The position numbers and the translations under genes were made by a program. DNA of 64,000 bases, from contig NC_042998.1 of assembly GCF_006345805.1 (NCBI RefSeq), positions 113,088,001 through 113,152,000 of the forward strand, in the 5' to 3' direction. This DNA is from Octopus sinensis (lineage: Eukaryota). The notes beneath the pieces were generated by a model. The model saw nothing but the letters and a program-made list of their open reading frames with translations. It was not told the origin of the DNA and did no database searches. Of the stretch, positions 27,262 to 39,925 are shown one piece after another; the stretch's first letter is position 1, and every line of letters begins with the position of its first letter.

Positions 27262-28918
27262 GCATGCATGCATGCATGTGTGAAATAATAGTTTCACTTT
27301 AATAGTTTCAGTATAAATTGTGAAACTATTGAAGTGAAATTATCTGATATTACAATAGAGAGATGCTATTATATCACTTTTGATACGTAATACTGAAATA
27401 GTGGACGAGACAAGAGATTGCGTTAGGCAGGAAGTTGAAAAAATGTTTAGCCCATTACTCTACATGACCCTAAATAAGGCATGTGTAAAATTTGAATGAA
27501 ATCGGTTGTGTAGTTCTCATATTTTAGGGATTCAGACAGACAGGCAGACTGACAGATTATGTATGTATGTATGTATGTATGTATGTATGTATGTATGTAT
27601 GTATGTATGTATGTACGCATGTATGTATGTATGTATATATGTATGTATGTGAAATAATAGTTTCACTTTAATGTGGCTGTGTGGTAAGTAGCTTGCTTAC
27701 CAACCACATGGGTCCGGATTCAGTCCCACTGAGTGGCACCGTGGGCAAGTGTCTTCTACTATAGCCTCGGGCCGAGTTACGTCCCTGTAACTTAGTAGTT
27801 TGGCAAAAAACCTTGTGAGTGGATTTGGTAGACGGAAACTGAAAGAAGCCCCTCGTATATATGTATGTATGTATGTACGTATGTATGTATGTATGTATGT
27901 ACGTATGTATGTATGTGTATATGTTTGTGCGTCTGTGTTTATCCCCCCAACATCGCTTGACAACTGATGGTGGTGTGTTTACGTCCCCGTAACCTAGCGG
28001 TTCGACAAAAACAGCCCGATAGAATAAGTACGAGGCTTACAAAGAATAAGTCCTGGGGTCGATTTACTCGACAAAAGGCAATGCTCCAGCATGGCCGCAG
28101 TCAAATGACTGAAACAAGTAAAAGAGTAAAAGTGAAACTATTAAAGTGAAAGCAGCTGACATTACACTAGAGATATTATCGTTTCACTTTTGACACGTAA
28201 TACTGAAATAGTGGACGAGATAAGAGATTGCTCTGGGCTCGCATTAGGCAGGAAGTTGAGAACTTTGTTGGTCCATGACGTGTAAAATTTTAATGAAATC
28301 GGTTGAATAGTTCTTGAGTTTTAGGGATTCATATATATATATATATATATAGATAGTATTCCATAGACGCTTAACAGACGAATAAAAGTTCAAATTTATG
28401 CTACAAGCGATTCTGGGTTTTTTTCCCAGCCAATACAGCTCACGACTTCTGAAAAAAATATATAAGGTAAATCTTTTCCCAAAAAAACCCTCAGACAAAA
28501 TTATACTAACAGCTGATTGATAAATGTGAGTGATATCCTAAACTCAACGCTCAATGTCCTTTATTTAAAAATGTAGGGTGTGATTTAAGGGAGATTTGAC
28601 AGCTCTTTCAAGCAGTCGAGTGACAACGTGTGATATGTAAGTCAGTCTTGATCAAGCAACTTTAGGACTAAAAGTGTTTCCACCAGGACCATCCTGTCGT
28701 TTTTAAGACTATCTAAGACTACATTATTTAAATGGGTGCTTTCCTTTCTCTATAGTGTAGGTATGATTTAAGGCCAATTTGACTGCTATTTCTAGCAGGT
28801 CGAGTGATCAAGTAGAAGTTCTCTCGATCGCTTTGAATAGAGCAGCAAAGTAAAATTTTTTTTTTTTAATTCGCAGGAGTCTGAAGTAAATGCTGATGTT
28901 CAGCAACGGCAAAAATGA
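24460..28918 (+). other. Candidate small multi-exon gene or pseudogene (24460-24544, 24853-24961, 28430-28466, 28877-28918)
   Basis: AG/GT-bounded segments with compatible phases 1,2,0 give a 90-aa Cys-containing ORF; no homology recognised. Confidence 0.3.
27280..28330 (-). mobile_element. Two tandem copies of a Helitron-like non-autonomous repeat; second copy interrupted by a SINE
   Basis: GTGAAATAATAGTTTCACTTTAA...GTAATACTGAAATAGTGGACGAGA...TTAGGCAGGAAGTTGA...GAAATCGGTTG occurs twice, separated by (TATG)n. Confidence 0.5.
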
Positions 28919-30153
28919 AACTTGTTTATAAAGTTTGACATGAAGTAGAAGCGTTAAAGCAAACGTTTTGGGGGTGCAGTCAGTTTTCCGAGAAAACTAA
29001 CTAGATGATAATAGTGTAATTGTGTGTGCATAGGTCGGTTTTTGTCCCAGGCAACCTATGAACAAAGACTTATCTCGTTTATTTACCTTTGTTTTATTTA
29101 TTTTGTTTTACTTCAGATTGGGTTTTATTATCCAAGGTGACAATACCTAAAATGTTTTTTTTTTCAATTTAATTTTCGAAACACTGAGATATAAATTTGA
29201 AAGAAACTTGACAACTACTAGGTGATCGAGCAAGCACAAGCTCATTCGGTTAGCACGAGATGTTAATTTTAGCTAATAGTTAACGATGATGGTTAAGTGG
29301 TGGTTGTGAGAGAAGTAAAGGCTTACGACATATTTTATTGAATATCTATTTCTTTATTACCCACAAGGGGCTAAACATAGAGGGGACAAACAAAAACAGA
29401 CATAGGTATTAAGTCGATTATATCGACCCCAGTGCGTAACTGGTACTTAATTTATCGACCCCGAAAGGATGAAAGGCAAAGTCGACCTCGGCGGAATTTG
29501 AACTCACAACGTAACGACAGACGAAATACCGCTAAGCATTTCGCCCGGTGTGCTAACGTTTCTGCCAGCTCGCCGCCTTAAAAAAACCATGACGACAATC
29601 ACGTAGCATATTGAATAGTAGTAGAGATAGTGTTGGTGGAGATAGTAGTAGAGAAGGAGGTAGTGAGAGTGGGGGTGGGGGTCGTCGTCGTCGTCGTTGT
29701 GGTAGAAAATAAATGGTCCTTCAGTGACATTGATATCAGAGGTGGTGGCGGTAAGAGTAATAATAGTTACTAGGTACATACAATGAAAATAATCATCCAA
29801 TGATTACAATGGCGATTGTTTACAAAAGAAGTAGGAGGGATAGCAGCAGTCGAGTGCAATACCGACAAGATATACTCGATACAAACAAATATTTTTTTAT
29901 GCACCCTTTTCAAGCCTAGCCAGGCTCATGGGCCCGGTTTCCCGGTTTCTATGGCGTATGTGTTCCCCCCCAGCTGGGCGCAGCGTTACTCAAGAAACTG
30001 GAAGAAAGAGTGAGAGAAAGAGTACAACAGGGGTCGCCTATAAGCCTCGTGGAGCTTTTAGGTGTTTTCGCTCAATAAACACACACAACGCCCGGTCTGG
30101 GAATCGAAACCGCGATCTTCCGACCACTGGGCCATTGCGCCTCCACAACAAAC

Positions 30154-30190
<37 letters not shown>

Positions 30191-30210
30191 ATACATAGCA
30201 TAAATTATTT

Positions 30211-30322
30211 ATTATATAGAAGGAGCTTCTACAGGACTAGTACTGTTTCATAAGAGAAATCTTCAGGAAGCTTCCTGAAGATTTCTCTTGAATAAACAGT
30301 ATAGTCCTGTAGAAGCTCCTTC

Positions 30323-30330
<8 letters not shown>
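30211..30330. ncRNA. 120-bp palindrome carrying a degenerate type I hammerhead ribozyme on each strand (Penelope-like relic)
   Basis: AGCTTC-CTGAAGA-stem II-GAAACAG-loop-CTGTA-GAAGCT on minus; equivalent copy on plus with G12 changed to T; centre GGAAG|CTTCC. Confidence 0.65.
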
Positions 30331-30356
<26 letters not shown>

Positions 30357-30358
<2 letters not shown>

Positions 30359-31163
30359 CTTCCTGGTTGTTGTTAGGCTACTCTCTACTAGACCCTTATT
30401 TTGAAGAGCTACGATTAAAAGTTAAAAGCCTTCTAGCTATGACCATTCCAACCCTTTCTTTTTTCTTTATGGGTATGATTTGATAAACATATGGCTTCTA
30501 TTTCTAGCAAATCTATTGACCTCGTCTCAGTTTCCATATATATATATATATATATATATAAATTGCAGCGTGGAAAGGTGTTTGTAAGCCATTTAAGAAA
30601 CACAAAAACCATTAGATTCAGTTCAACATTTTAATTTAATATTTTCGTCGCTTTGAAACCGCGACCTATTCACTGACAAAACTTCGTGCTGCATCTCTAT
30701 ATATATACGATTTTGATAGGTCGAGCAGACCGTGTCCTTTTGTTGACTTGTTAGCAATTCATTTTTAGTTTTAACCTATTTCTAACAGAATAATTAGTAA
30801 TACCTGCAAGAAATGGGTTAAAACTCAAAATTATTTGCTAACAAGCCAACAAAAGGACGCGGTCTGCTCAAACTATCAAAATCGTACACATTTGTGTCTT
30901 GCACACGGTGTCCTAGATATACAAATTATAGGTCTACTCTATCAGAGCTGGTCGGAAGCAAACAACAACCTAATAAACCAGCGAGAAAACCGAGACGAGG
31001 TCAATAGATTTGCTAGAAATAGAAGCCATATGTTTATCAAATCATACCCATAAAGAAAAAAGAAAGGGTTGGAATGGTCATAGCTAGAAGGCTTTTAACT
31101 TTTAATCGTAACTCTTCAAAATAAGGGTCTAGTAGAGAGTAGCCTAACAATAACCAGGAAGCT
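30357..31163. repeat. Nested inverted repeats (fold-back)
   Basis: 30357-30535 vs 30985-31163 (about 4 differences in 179); 30706-30783 vs 30809-30886 (8 in 78). Confidence 0.9.
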
Positions 31164-31224
31164 TATATGTGGTTATCTACCTGGCTATAGAAAGTAGTCA
31201 AATCTCTCAAATCATACCTTGAAG

Positions 31225-31496
31225 CAGTGGTTCTCAACCGGGGTGTATATGACCCTTAGGGATCTGTATAAGTTTTGTTCTTAAAACTGATGTGCAAAAA
31301 ACTGGTTATACTTCTACAATACACTAAATGCTTTCAACAATTTGTTGTGCAAGATTTGTTATACTATTTCTAATAATATTATAAAAATACAATAAGGTTT
31401 CTTTCAATCATTGAATGGCTGGGAGGTTCTACCCGAGTAAAATGGGAATTAAAGGGGGTCCATAGGTAACAAAAAAAAAATGGATGAGAACCACTG
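31225..31496. mobile_element. hAT (Charlie-type) MITE, related to 16286-16509
   Basis: TIRs CAGTGGTTCTCA / TGAGAACCACTG; TSD CCTTGAAG/CCTTAAAG. Confidence 0.85.
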
Positions 31497-32267
31497 CCTT
31501 AAAGTTTTTGAAAACGGAAAAGGAAGCTAGAAAACTGATAAAAAAAAAAAGCAACGACTGGAAAGCTTTTGAACATATGTCGACTCGATTAGGGTCGACC
31601 TGGGGCTAAACAATAGTTTGGTGGGGTATTTTGTTTTTGTTATTTTCTACTATAGGCACAATTTTGGCCTGAAATTTTGGGGGAGGGGCGAGTCGATTAT
31701 ATCGAACCCTGATGTGTAAGTGGTACTTATTTTACCGAAAGGAGTTTGAACTCAGAACACAAAGACAGCAGAAATGCTACTAAACATTTCGTCCGGCGTG
31801 CTAACAATTCTGCCAGGGCTAACTATTCCACCACGACCACCACGACTGTAATAATAACTTCTGCTACCGCCACTACCATTTTAACAATTACAACTACCAC
31901 CACGACATTAACAATGAACAATACTGCCACCACTACTATCGCCATTATACTTCACCTTTTTAAAAGTACTAATACACTAATACTGCCACCATGACAGTGA
32001 AAGACTTTAAATAACCAGGCTTGTTTTACTATTCGTTCTCCATGTAATGGTGGTAGTAACGTGTGTGTGCGCGCGCGCGCTGGGAAACAGCTTTTTCTTT
32101 AACATATTGAAAACAATAGATCAGTATTACCGGAGAGTTAAGTTTACTTTGCAACCACGAGCTCCTTGCTCCGATCCCACTACATAGCACCTTGGGCAGA
32201 ATACAAATGTGTTTTCTGTCTTATCGAAGATACAAAAAAAAAATCATTCACAACATCAAGACACACA

Positions 32268-33302
32268 CATCATCATCATCGTTTAACGTCTGCTTTCCAT
32301 GCTAGCATGGGTTCGACGATTTTGACTGAGGGCTGGCGAACCAGATGGCTGCACCAGGCTCCAATTTTGATCTGGCAAAATTTCTACTACTGGATGCCCT
32401 TCCTAACGCCAACCACTCCAAGAGTGTAGTGGGTGCTTTTTACATGGCACCGGCACGAGGGCCAGTCAGGCGGTACTGGCAATGACCTCGCTCGAATCTT
32501 TTTACACGTGCCAGTGAAACAACGTTGGTAACGATCACACTCGAATGGTGCCCTTTTACATGCCACAGGTACAGAAGCCAGTTGGCTGCTCTGGCAACAA
32601 TCACGCTCAGATGGTGCTCTTGGCACCCTACTAGCACAGGCACAAGTGCCAGTAAGGCGACACTGGTAACGATCATACTCAAATGGTGCCCTTTTATGTG
32701 CTACTGGCACGGAAGCTGTTTAGCCACTCTGTCAACGATCACACTTGTATGGTGCTCTTTGCACCCCACTAGCACGGATGCCAGTCATCGAATTGATTTT
32801 GATTTTGATTTCACTTACCTCAACAGGTCTTCGCAAGCAGAGTTTAGTGACCAAAGAAGGAAAAGGTACGCATAAGCGGGCTGGTTACGCTCCTGGCATA
32901 GACCACAGGTTATGGTCTCATTTGGCTTGCCGGGTCTTCTCATGCACAGCATATTTCCAAAAGTCTCGGTCGCTAGTTATTTCCTTGGTGAGGCCTAATG
33001 TTCGAAGGTCGTGCTTCACCACTTCATCCCAGGTCTTCCTAGGTCTACCCCTTTCACAGGTTCCCTCAACCGCTAGGGTGTGGCACTTTTTCACACAGCT
33101 ATCCTCATCCATTCTCACCACATGACCATACCAGTGCAGTTGTTTCTCTTGCACACCACATCTAATGCTTCTTAAGTCCAACTTTTCTCTCAAGGTACTT
33201 ACACTCTGTCGAGTATGCACACTGACATTACACATCCATCGGATCATACTGGCTTCATTCCTTGCGAGCTTATGCATGTCCTCAGCAGTCACAGCCCATG
33301 TT
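32268..33302 (-). mobile_element. RTE-clade LINE 3' fragment (ORF end, tandemly repeated 3' UTR, (GAT)n tail)
   Basis: MIRWMCNVS...LHWYGHVVRMDED...RGRPRKTWDEVVKHDL...DRDFW; several ~65-bp UTR repeats at 32500-32780. Confidence 0.9.
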
Positions 33303-34988
33303 TACCTTTTATTCTGAGCAAGAGGCCATCCGCTTTCCATGCTGGTATGTGTTGGAGCTTTGAGAGGATCCAACAGGTCGAAGGACTTTGTCTTGCTCCA
33401 GTGTATTAGCTTTGGCATGGTTTCTATGGCTGGATGCTCTTTCTAATGCCAACTACTTTACAGAAATGTACTGGGTGCTTTTTTCGTTACACTTGTACTA
33501 GTCAGGTTGCTGTAACTAGTACTTGATTGAGAAAGAAAATAGGAGATAGGGTAGTTACTTTATGCAAGGTGTTGAGAGGTTAAGGTATGATAGGAGGGAC
33601 AAGTTTATTGCCCCCCCCCCATCCCCCAGTCATCTCCACCCACCCATTTCATATGTCTGGGTGGGAGGGGAAGGTACAATAAGAATGCTGGACAGATGTC
33701 GGTTGGGAGTAGCTCAGAAGAAAGAGAATGGTAACTGTTAGTACAGAAATGGTAATATGGTATGAAATAACTGATTCTGGTTTCATTACTTAAAGCAGCA
33801 GAATAACACTAAAAATTGCAGAAATAAATTTAAAATAAAGATACAAGTATTTTATGTAAAACAAATACATAAAAACAGAGATGGTGGTAGAACAGAAGGT
33901 AAAATGTTCATGCATATCTAAGAGAGCAGATGTTTCAAGGGAAATTTGTGTGGTTAAGTGTGTGTGTGTGGTTCCTGGGGAATAATGCCCCATTGTGGGT
34001 GGAAACACCAAATACCAAGAGTGAATGGAGAGATCAAGTATTATGACATGGTAAGCAGTAGATATGCTTTGAGTACATTGAAGAATGTTGTAAGTGAGAC
34101 TGTGTAACCAATCACCCAGACAACAACCTATTTGACCAACATGGAGGACTGCTCAAAGTTTATATGATTCATTGTTTGATATTGGCAGGTAAGCAACTGA
34201 TGTTTTGGGTGGTTTGTTAGTGGGATCTGTGGGCCATAGATTGTTGCAGCAAATGAACTTGAAAGTGCTTTGTTGGGAGAAGATAGGAGCAAAGGAATGT
34301 CTAACAAAATGGTTACAGGGATTCTTTTTTTTTTTTAGAGGAGTGGATGTTTCCCAAGTGAGAGAGGGATTCAGTCCCAATCCACATAGGAAGGTTAGGT
34401 GAATGATAATACAGTTGATAGCCTGGGCCCAGCACAGTGCAGGATCTATAGCCAACTGACAGCACTCTAAATGAATAAGTGCTATATTTTTCAGATACAA
34501 AGAAGTAATGTTTGTCTACTTTCATACATAATCACAGTTTACTTTGTTTTTCAATTCATCCTGTTACATATACGAGACAATACCATATTCATATTTTGTA
34601 TGCTCTCCATTGCTATTTTCCCTCAGTCATATTGTTGATCTTCATAATCTGTTTGGCATTAGGAAGGGCATCCAGCCGTAGAAACATTGCCAGATCAGAC
34701 TGGGCCTGGTGCAGCCTTCTGGCTTCCCAGACCCCAGTTGAACCGTCCAACCCATGCTAGTATGGAAAGCGGATGCTAAATGATGATGATGATGATATAT
34801 ATATATATATCACTATTAGGTTTGTAAACTGAATAGAATGTTTCACTGAAGTCTTAAAAGACAGAAACATATCAGTCGATTTCATTAGGTTTAAAAACCA
34901 GATCCTCTTCAATATTGCATTTTCTATATTTTCCAAAATTTCCAGTGATTTTACTTTAGTTATCTCTCTTGCTTGTTGTTTCTATAAG

Positions 34989-35549
34989 CAATGCTGGATT
35001 AACCCTTAATAAGCATGTGCTTAGGGCATTGTGGGAAGAGCAGGCACCACAGAAACTGTAAATAGTTTACAGCACATTAGGAATCGTTTTAAACTTACTA
35101 AAATAAACATTACTGAGTGTGCTTTCCAAGTGTAGAATTACTGTTCGTATATTTTTATCATTAATGGTCACAAATTGCTCAGCTAAGCATCCATTTTCTC
35201 AGTTGAAGTATATTAAAAAAAATCTCATCAAGACAACTATGCATCAAGGCAGGCTGGATGCTTTGTTTTTACTAAAAAGAGAAGCAGATGCATTATGTAA
35301 GATTAATTTTGAAGATCTGCTCAAAAACATTGCAATTAAAGAAAGTAGGAAAAAACTTTTCAAATATAGATAAAGTAAAAGTATACAAAAATAAACATTA
35401 TTTTCCATCTTACTGTTAGTTTTGTTACATTTTGAAAAATAGAAATTTATTTTATGGCTTATTATTGTTTATATTTCGGATTACATATATGTGGGGACAT
35501 TAAAACCTTTTAAGTGCTTAGGGCTTCTATGGGTCATAATCTGGCCCTG
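34989..35549 (+). mobile_element. Internally deleted hAT transposon retaining the dimerisation-domain remnant
   Basis: RIFLSLMVTNCSAKHPFSQLKYIK...TTMHQGRLDAL; TIRs CAATGCTGGATTA / TAATCTGGCCCTG; TSD TCTATAAG/TCTATAGG. Confidence 0.85.
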
Positions 35550-36676
35550 TCTATAGGTACTGGTGCCACATAAAAACACCCATGCTGGCATCCTATAAAG
35601 AATACCTGTACTGGCACCACATAAAGAAAGCATCCATGCCAGTGTCATGTAAATAGCACTCATGCTGGTGCCACAAAAAAAGCACCCAGTACTCTCTGTA
35701 AAGTGGTTGGCATTAGGAAGGACATCCAGCCATAGAAACCATACCAAAACAGATGACTGGAGCCAGGTGCAGTGCTCCGACTTCCCAGCTCCCATCAAAC
35801 CATCCAACCCATGTCAGCATGGAAAGTGGACATTAAGCATAAACATTTCTAGAGAGTGTTTTCAGTATGCTGTGTCCCTTATCAAAGCACTTTATTTCAT
35901 GTTGTTCCAGTCTATTCAGCTGGAAAAGAATACCACCCAGCTACAAGTGCAGTCCTCTCTCCCTCCTACTGTTATATTCTCAATATTCTGCTGGGCCAAG
36001 AGGGTGTCTATCTGCTCATAACTGCACAGGAGCTTAAAAACAAATAGAGAAAGAATGGTACAAGCTACCAGATTTATTTGCAAGTAATGGCTGAGTTATT
36101 TGTAAAGTAGACATATATACAAATGTAACACATATACAACAATGATCTAGACAGTAATGAGTATAACATGAAGCATGAATAAGAAATTAGAGTTTTAAGA
36201 GATTATGCTTTTAACTATTTTAGAAATACTTATTTAACAATCAGATAGAAATGGAAAATACATCTTAAAAGCTGGCAGAAATGAATGAAATAAGCAAAAT
36301 CTGATGGTGAGATGAGAGGTGAACAAAGAACAGTAAAAGTTTGATAAATACAGTTGATACTGATGCTTAAGAAATTCATTTTGTAACCACATGATTTCAG
36401 CTTTAATCATACTACACAGAAATTTGGCTGTTCTTGGGTTAAAAAATACCTTGTTTATGAAATCTGGTTGACAAAAACTGAGGTATGTGTGTGGGCATAT
36501 GTGGATGTGCACATGCACATACATCCATACATTCAAACATGCATACATACAAGCATACATGCATGCTTTTACTAGTGCCAGCCTGAAAGATGCAGTTATG
36601 TTAGGGCAATACTTAATATTATAGCTACTCTAAATACAGCCTTCTTTCTGGAGCTGATTTTTAACGAATAAGGTTA

Positions 36677-37459
36677 ATGTGCTTTTAACGTTCCACTGGC
36701 ATGGGTGCCAGTCAGGTGGTACTGTCATCAGCCACAACAACGATTTTACTTGCTTCAACAGGTCTTCACAAGCGGAGATTACTGCCCAATATTTGAAGGG
36801 CACTCTTAAATGGGCTGGTTAAGCAGCACTGACATAGGCCACGGTTATGATCTCACTTGGCTTGCTAGGTCTTCTCAAGCACAGCATATCTCCAAAGGTC
36901 TCGGTCACTTGTCATTGCCTCGGAGAGGCCCAATGTTCAAAGGTCATGCTTCACCACCTCGTCCCAACTCTTCCTGGGTCTACCTCTTCCACAGGTTCCC
37001 TCAACTGCTAGGGTGTGACACTTTTTCACACAGCTATCCTTATCCATTCGCAACACATGACCGTACCAGCACAGTTGTCTCTCTTGCACACCACATTTGA
37101 TGCTTCTTATGTTCAACTTCCTTGCAAGCTTACGCATGTCCTCAGAAGTCACAGCCCATGTTTCACTGCCATGTAGCATAGCTGTTCGCACACATGCGTC
37201 GCCAATAGCATGTAAAAAGCACCATTTGAGCGTTGTCGAATCCAGTACCGCCTGACTGGCCATCGTGCCAGTGGCATGTTAAAGCACCTACTACACTCTC
37301 AAAGTGGTTGGCGTTAGGAAGGACATCCAGCTGTAGAAACTTTGCCAGATCAGATTGGAGCCTGGTGCAGCCTTCTGGCTCACCAGCCCTCAGTCAAACC
37401 GTCCAACCCATGCCAGCATGGAAAGCGGACATTAAACGACAACGATGATGATGATGATG
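36677..37459. mobile_element. RTE insertion with 5' inversion
   Basis: ORF end plus proximal UTR on minus (36677-~37198); distal UTR plus (GAT)n tail on plus; 7-bp TSD AAGGTTA. Confidence 0.75.
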
Positions 37460-38114
37460 AAGGTTAGTACTACTACTTTCAGTAGATATTGATCATAGGT
37501 AGTAGAATATCCATGTGTTTATTGAATATGTTTACATCCATTCCATGCATATTTTTCAAATTCTTTTGAGAGATATTGAAAAGCTGGAGGCCTTTGAAAT
37601 CTAAGCTGTTACAATATCTTGTTGTGATTCTTGATGGGACTTTTTGGAGAATGCAGTTAACAACCAGTTTAGTGGTTGTGTGTGTGTGTCTAAAAATGTG
37701 TGTGTATGTTTGTATGTGAGTATGTTTATATCAGCGTGAGATAAAACAAAACTGGTATAGCAAACAAAATTACTTAGCAGTATTTAGGCGTGGTTGAGTT
37801 GTCTCCCTTTACAGTCTTTTCTCACCAGATCCAATAATTACTATCCGTAAATACCACTTGACTAAGGAATTTGAAAAATTGTAGTTTTTACTATTACTAT
37901 TGCATTTAATAACATCATTTATGAGTGATATTAGATATTAAATGGACAAATATGAAACAAAAAAAAACAAAACATTCTCTACTGATAGGACCAGAACCAC
38001 ATATCTATTGCTTGTAATTAATAGGAAGTTATTATATTCCCTATTAAAAAAAAATACTCTTCTGAGTTATCATCTAGGGATTTCAGTGTGGTTTCTACGT
38101 TTGTCAAAACAATC

Positions 38115-38950
38115 TAAGTCTTCATAAATTTCCACTGAAAATCCTGTTTTAAACTCAAAACAAAGAAAGATAGTCTAAATAAATAATTATTTTGTAAGTA
38201 GAATACCATAATAAAAAATTCAGCAATCTGAATGGGTTTTAAGCATGTTTCTTTTTTATTTTGTTTTGTTTTGCTTTATGAACTGTGCTTCATGAAAAAG
38301 TGTCAGCATACTCTAAAAAAGAGTTATATTTAGTAAAGATTAAGCTTTATCTTTTCAGGACAATATTAAGATCAAGTGTTTCATTATCTTTTGGACTGAC
38401 ATAAATTATATGTCACAGTTAATAATTATCCAATTACAATTCAACAATTCAAAAATAGACTTAATTCACATAACATGATCTTTGGAATAAGTTTTACAGA
38501 ACTTTTCCCAACAGTCGCAGCACTTGTATTTTTTTGCTTAGAGTTTGCATTTTTTGGCAGAAATTTAACATATTTAGAAGTTATTTTTGTCAAGAGATAA
38601 TTAAGTAATATAGAAATGTAAGGATTTTCAACATGTTGAACTGAAACTTTGGCTGCCACAAAGCTTAACTTATAAAACCAATCTAAATTTGTTCCTTAAT
38701 AAATTTTACCACAAGATAAAGCTTAATCTTTACTAAATATAACTCTTTTTTAGATTATGCTGACACTTTTTCATTAAGCACAGTTCATAAAGCAAAACAA
38801 AACAAAATAAAAAAGTAACACGCTTAAAACCCATTCAGATAGCTGAATTTTTATTATGGTATTCGACTTACAAAATAATTATTTATTTAGACTATCTTTC
38901 TTTGTTTTGAGTTTAAAACAGGATTTTCAGTGGAAATTTATGAAGACTTA
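38115..38950. repeat. Inverted repeat, ~239-bp arms, 359-bp spacer
   Basis: 38115-38353 vs 38713-38950, about 7 differences. Confidence 0.92.
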
Positions 38951-39548
38951 CTGTGAATGAGAAATGAATAAAATTGTAAAGAAAATTGAAATTACTTTAA
39001 AGATGTTCAAGGTTTTTGTTTATTTTTTTCTCAGTATTTTAAATTTGACATATTACCAAGATTTATGTTCACATCCTAAACTATATATCCTAACATTGTG
39101 ACCAACCAATCCAGAACACTTGCAAAATTAAGTAGAGAAGAGGAGTGGGTGTAGGAAACACTCACAAACAGGTGTCCTTCAGAGGTATACTAGGCTTTTA
39201 AAAAAACAGAAAAGCAAGTTTGGATAAAGTTTATGAAATTTCCCATGGATACAGAAACATCTTGTGTTAGTTTTGAGCTTAGACAAATAACATCTCTAAC
39301 AAAATATTGATTTCAAATTTTGGCACAAGGCTAGCAACTTCAGAAGGGAGGTAAGTCAATTACATCAACTCCAATATTCAACTGGAACTCATTTTATCAA
39401 ACCCAAAAAGATGAAAGGCAAAGGTCAACCTCGGCAGAATTTGAACTTAGAACATTAAGACGTATGAAATGCCGCTAAGTGTTTTGCCAACCATGCTAAC
39501 AATTCTGCCAGCTCCCCATCTTCCTCTCTAACAAAATATTGGTATCAA

Positions 39549-39925
39549 ATTAAACGAGCACTCAATGTGCACAAACCTCTGCCAAGGCAACACCAACATC
39601 CTCTCAACAATTAGCCAGAGATGATTTTTTAAAATGAGAATATCTGAAATAAACTCAACTGCTCTCACAAATGAGAATACTAAAAATGAACCCAGCTGCT
39701 CTCAAAAATTAAGTACCAAAACAGAAAATATAATCCAAAATCCTTGTCCAGTACTAGATTGATCCTAAAATCTAATCAATTTGTGCCAGTCACAAGGCCA
39801 AATATCCCTGAAAGTTTCATCCGAATCCATCCAGTGGTTCTTGAGATATCTCGTCCATGGACAAACAAATAAACAATCACAACTGAAAACAATACCTCTG
39901 CCTTCACAAAGGCAGACGTAATAAC
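39549..39925 (-). mobile_element. Helentron-associated (HINE/DINE-1-like) non-autonomous element
   Basis: Subterminal repeats ACCTCTGCC at both ends, stem-loop TCTGCCTT...AAGGCAGA at one end, small hairpin at the other. Confidence 0.6.

Noticed and set aside
30561-30697. GTCGC...GCGAC-GAAA stem on minus strand
   Set aside because: CUGANGA core and cleavage site too degenerate to call a hammerhead; possibly another Penelope-like relic
32500-32780. Regularly spaced ~65-bp repeats resembling a CRISPR array
   Set aside because: Degenerate tandem repeats of the RTE 3' UTR, no unique spacers, eukaryotic context, no cas genes
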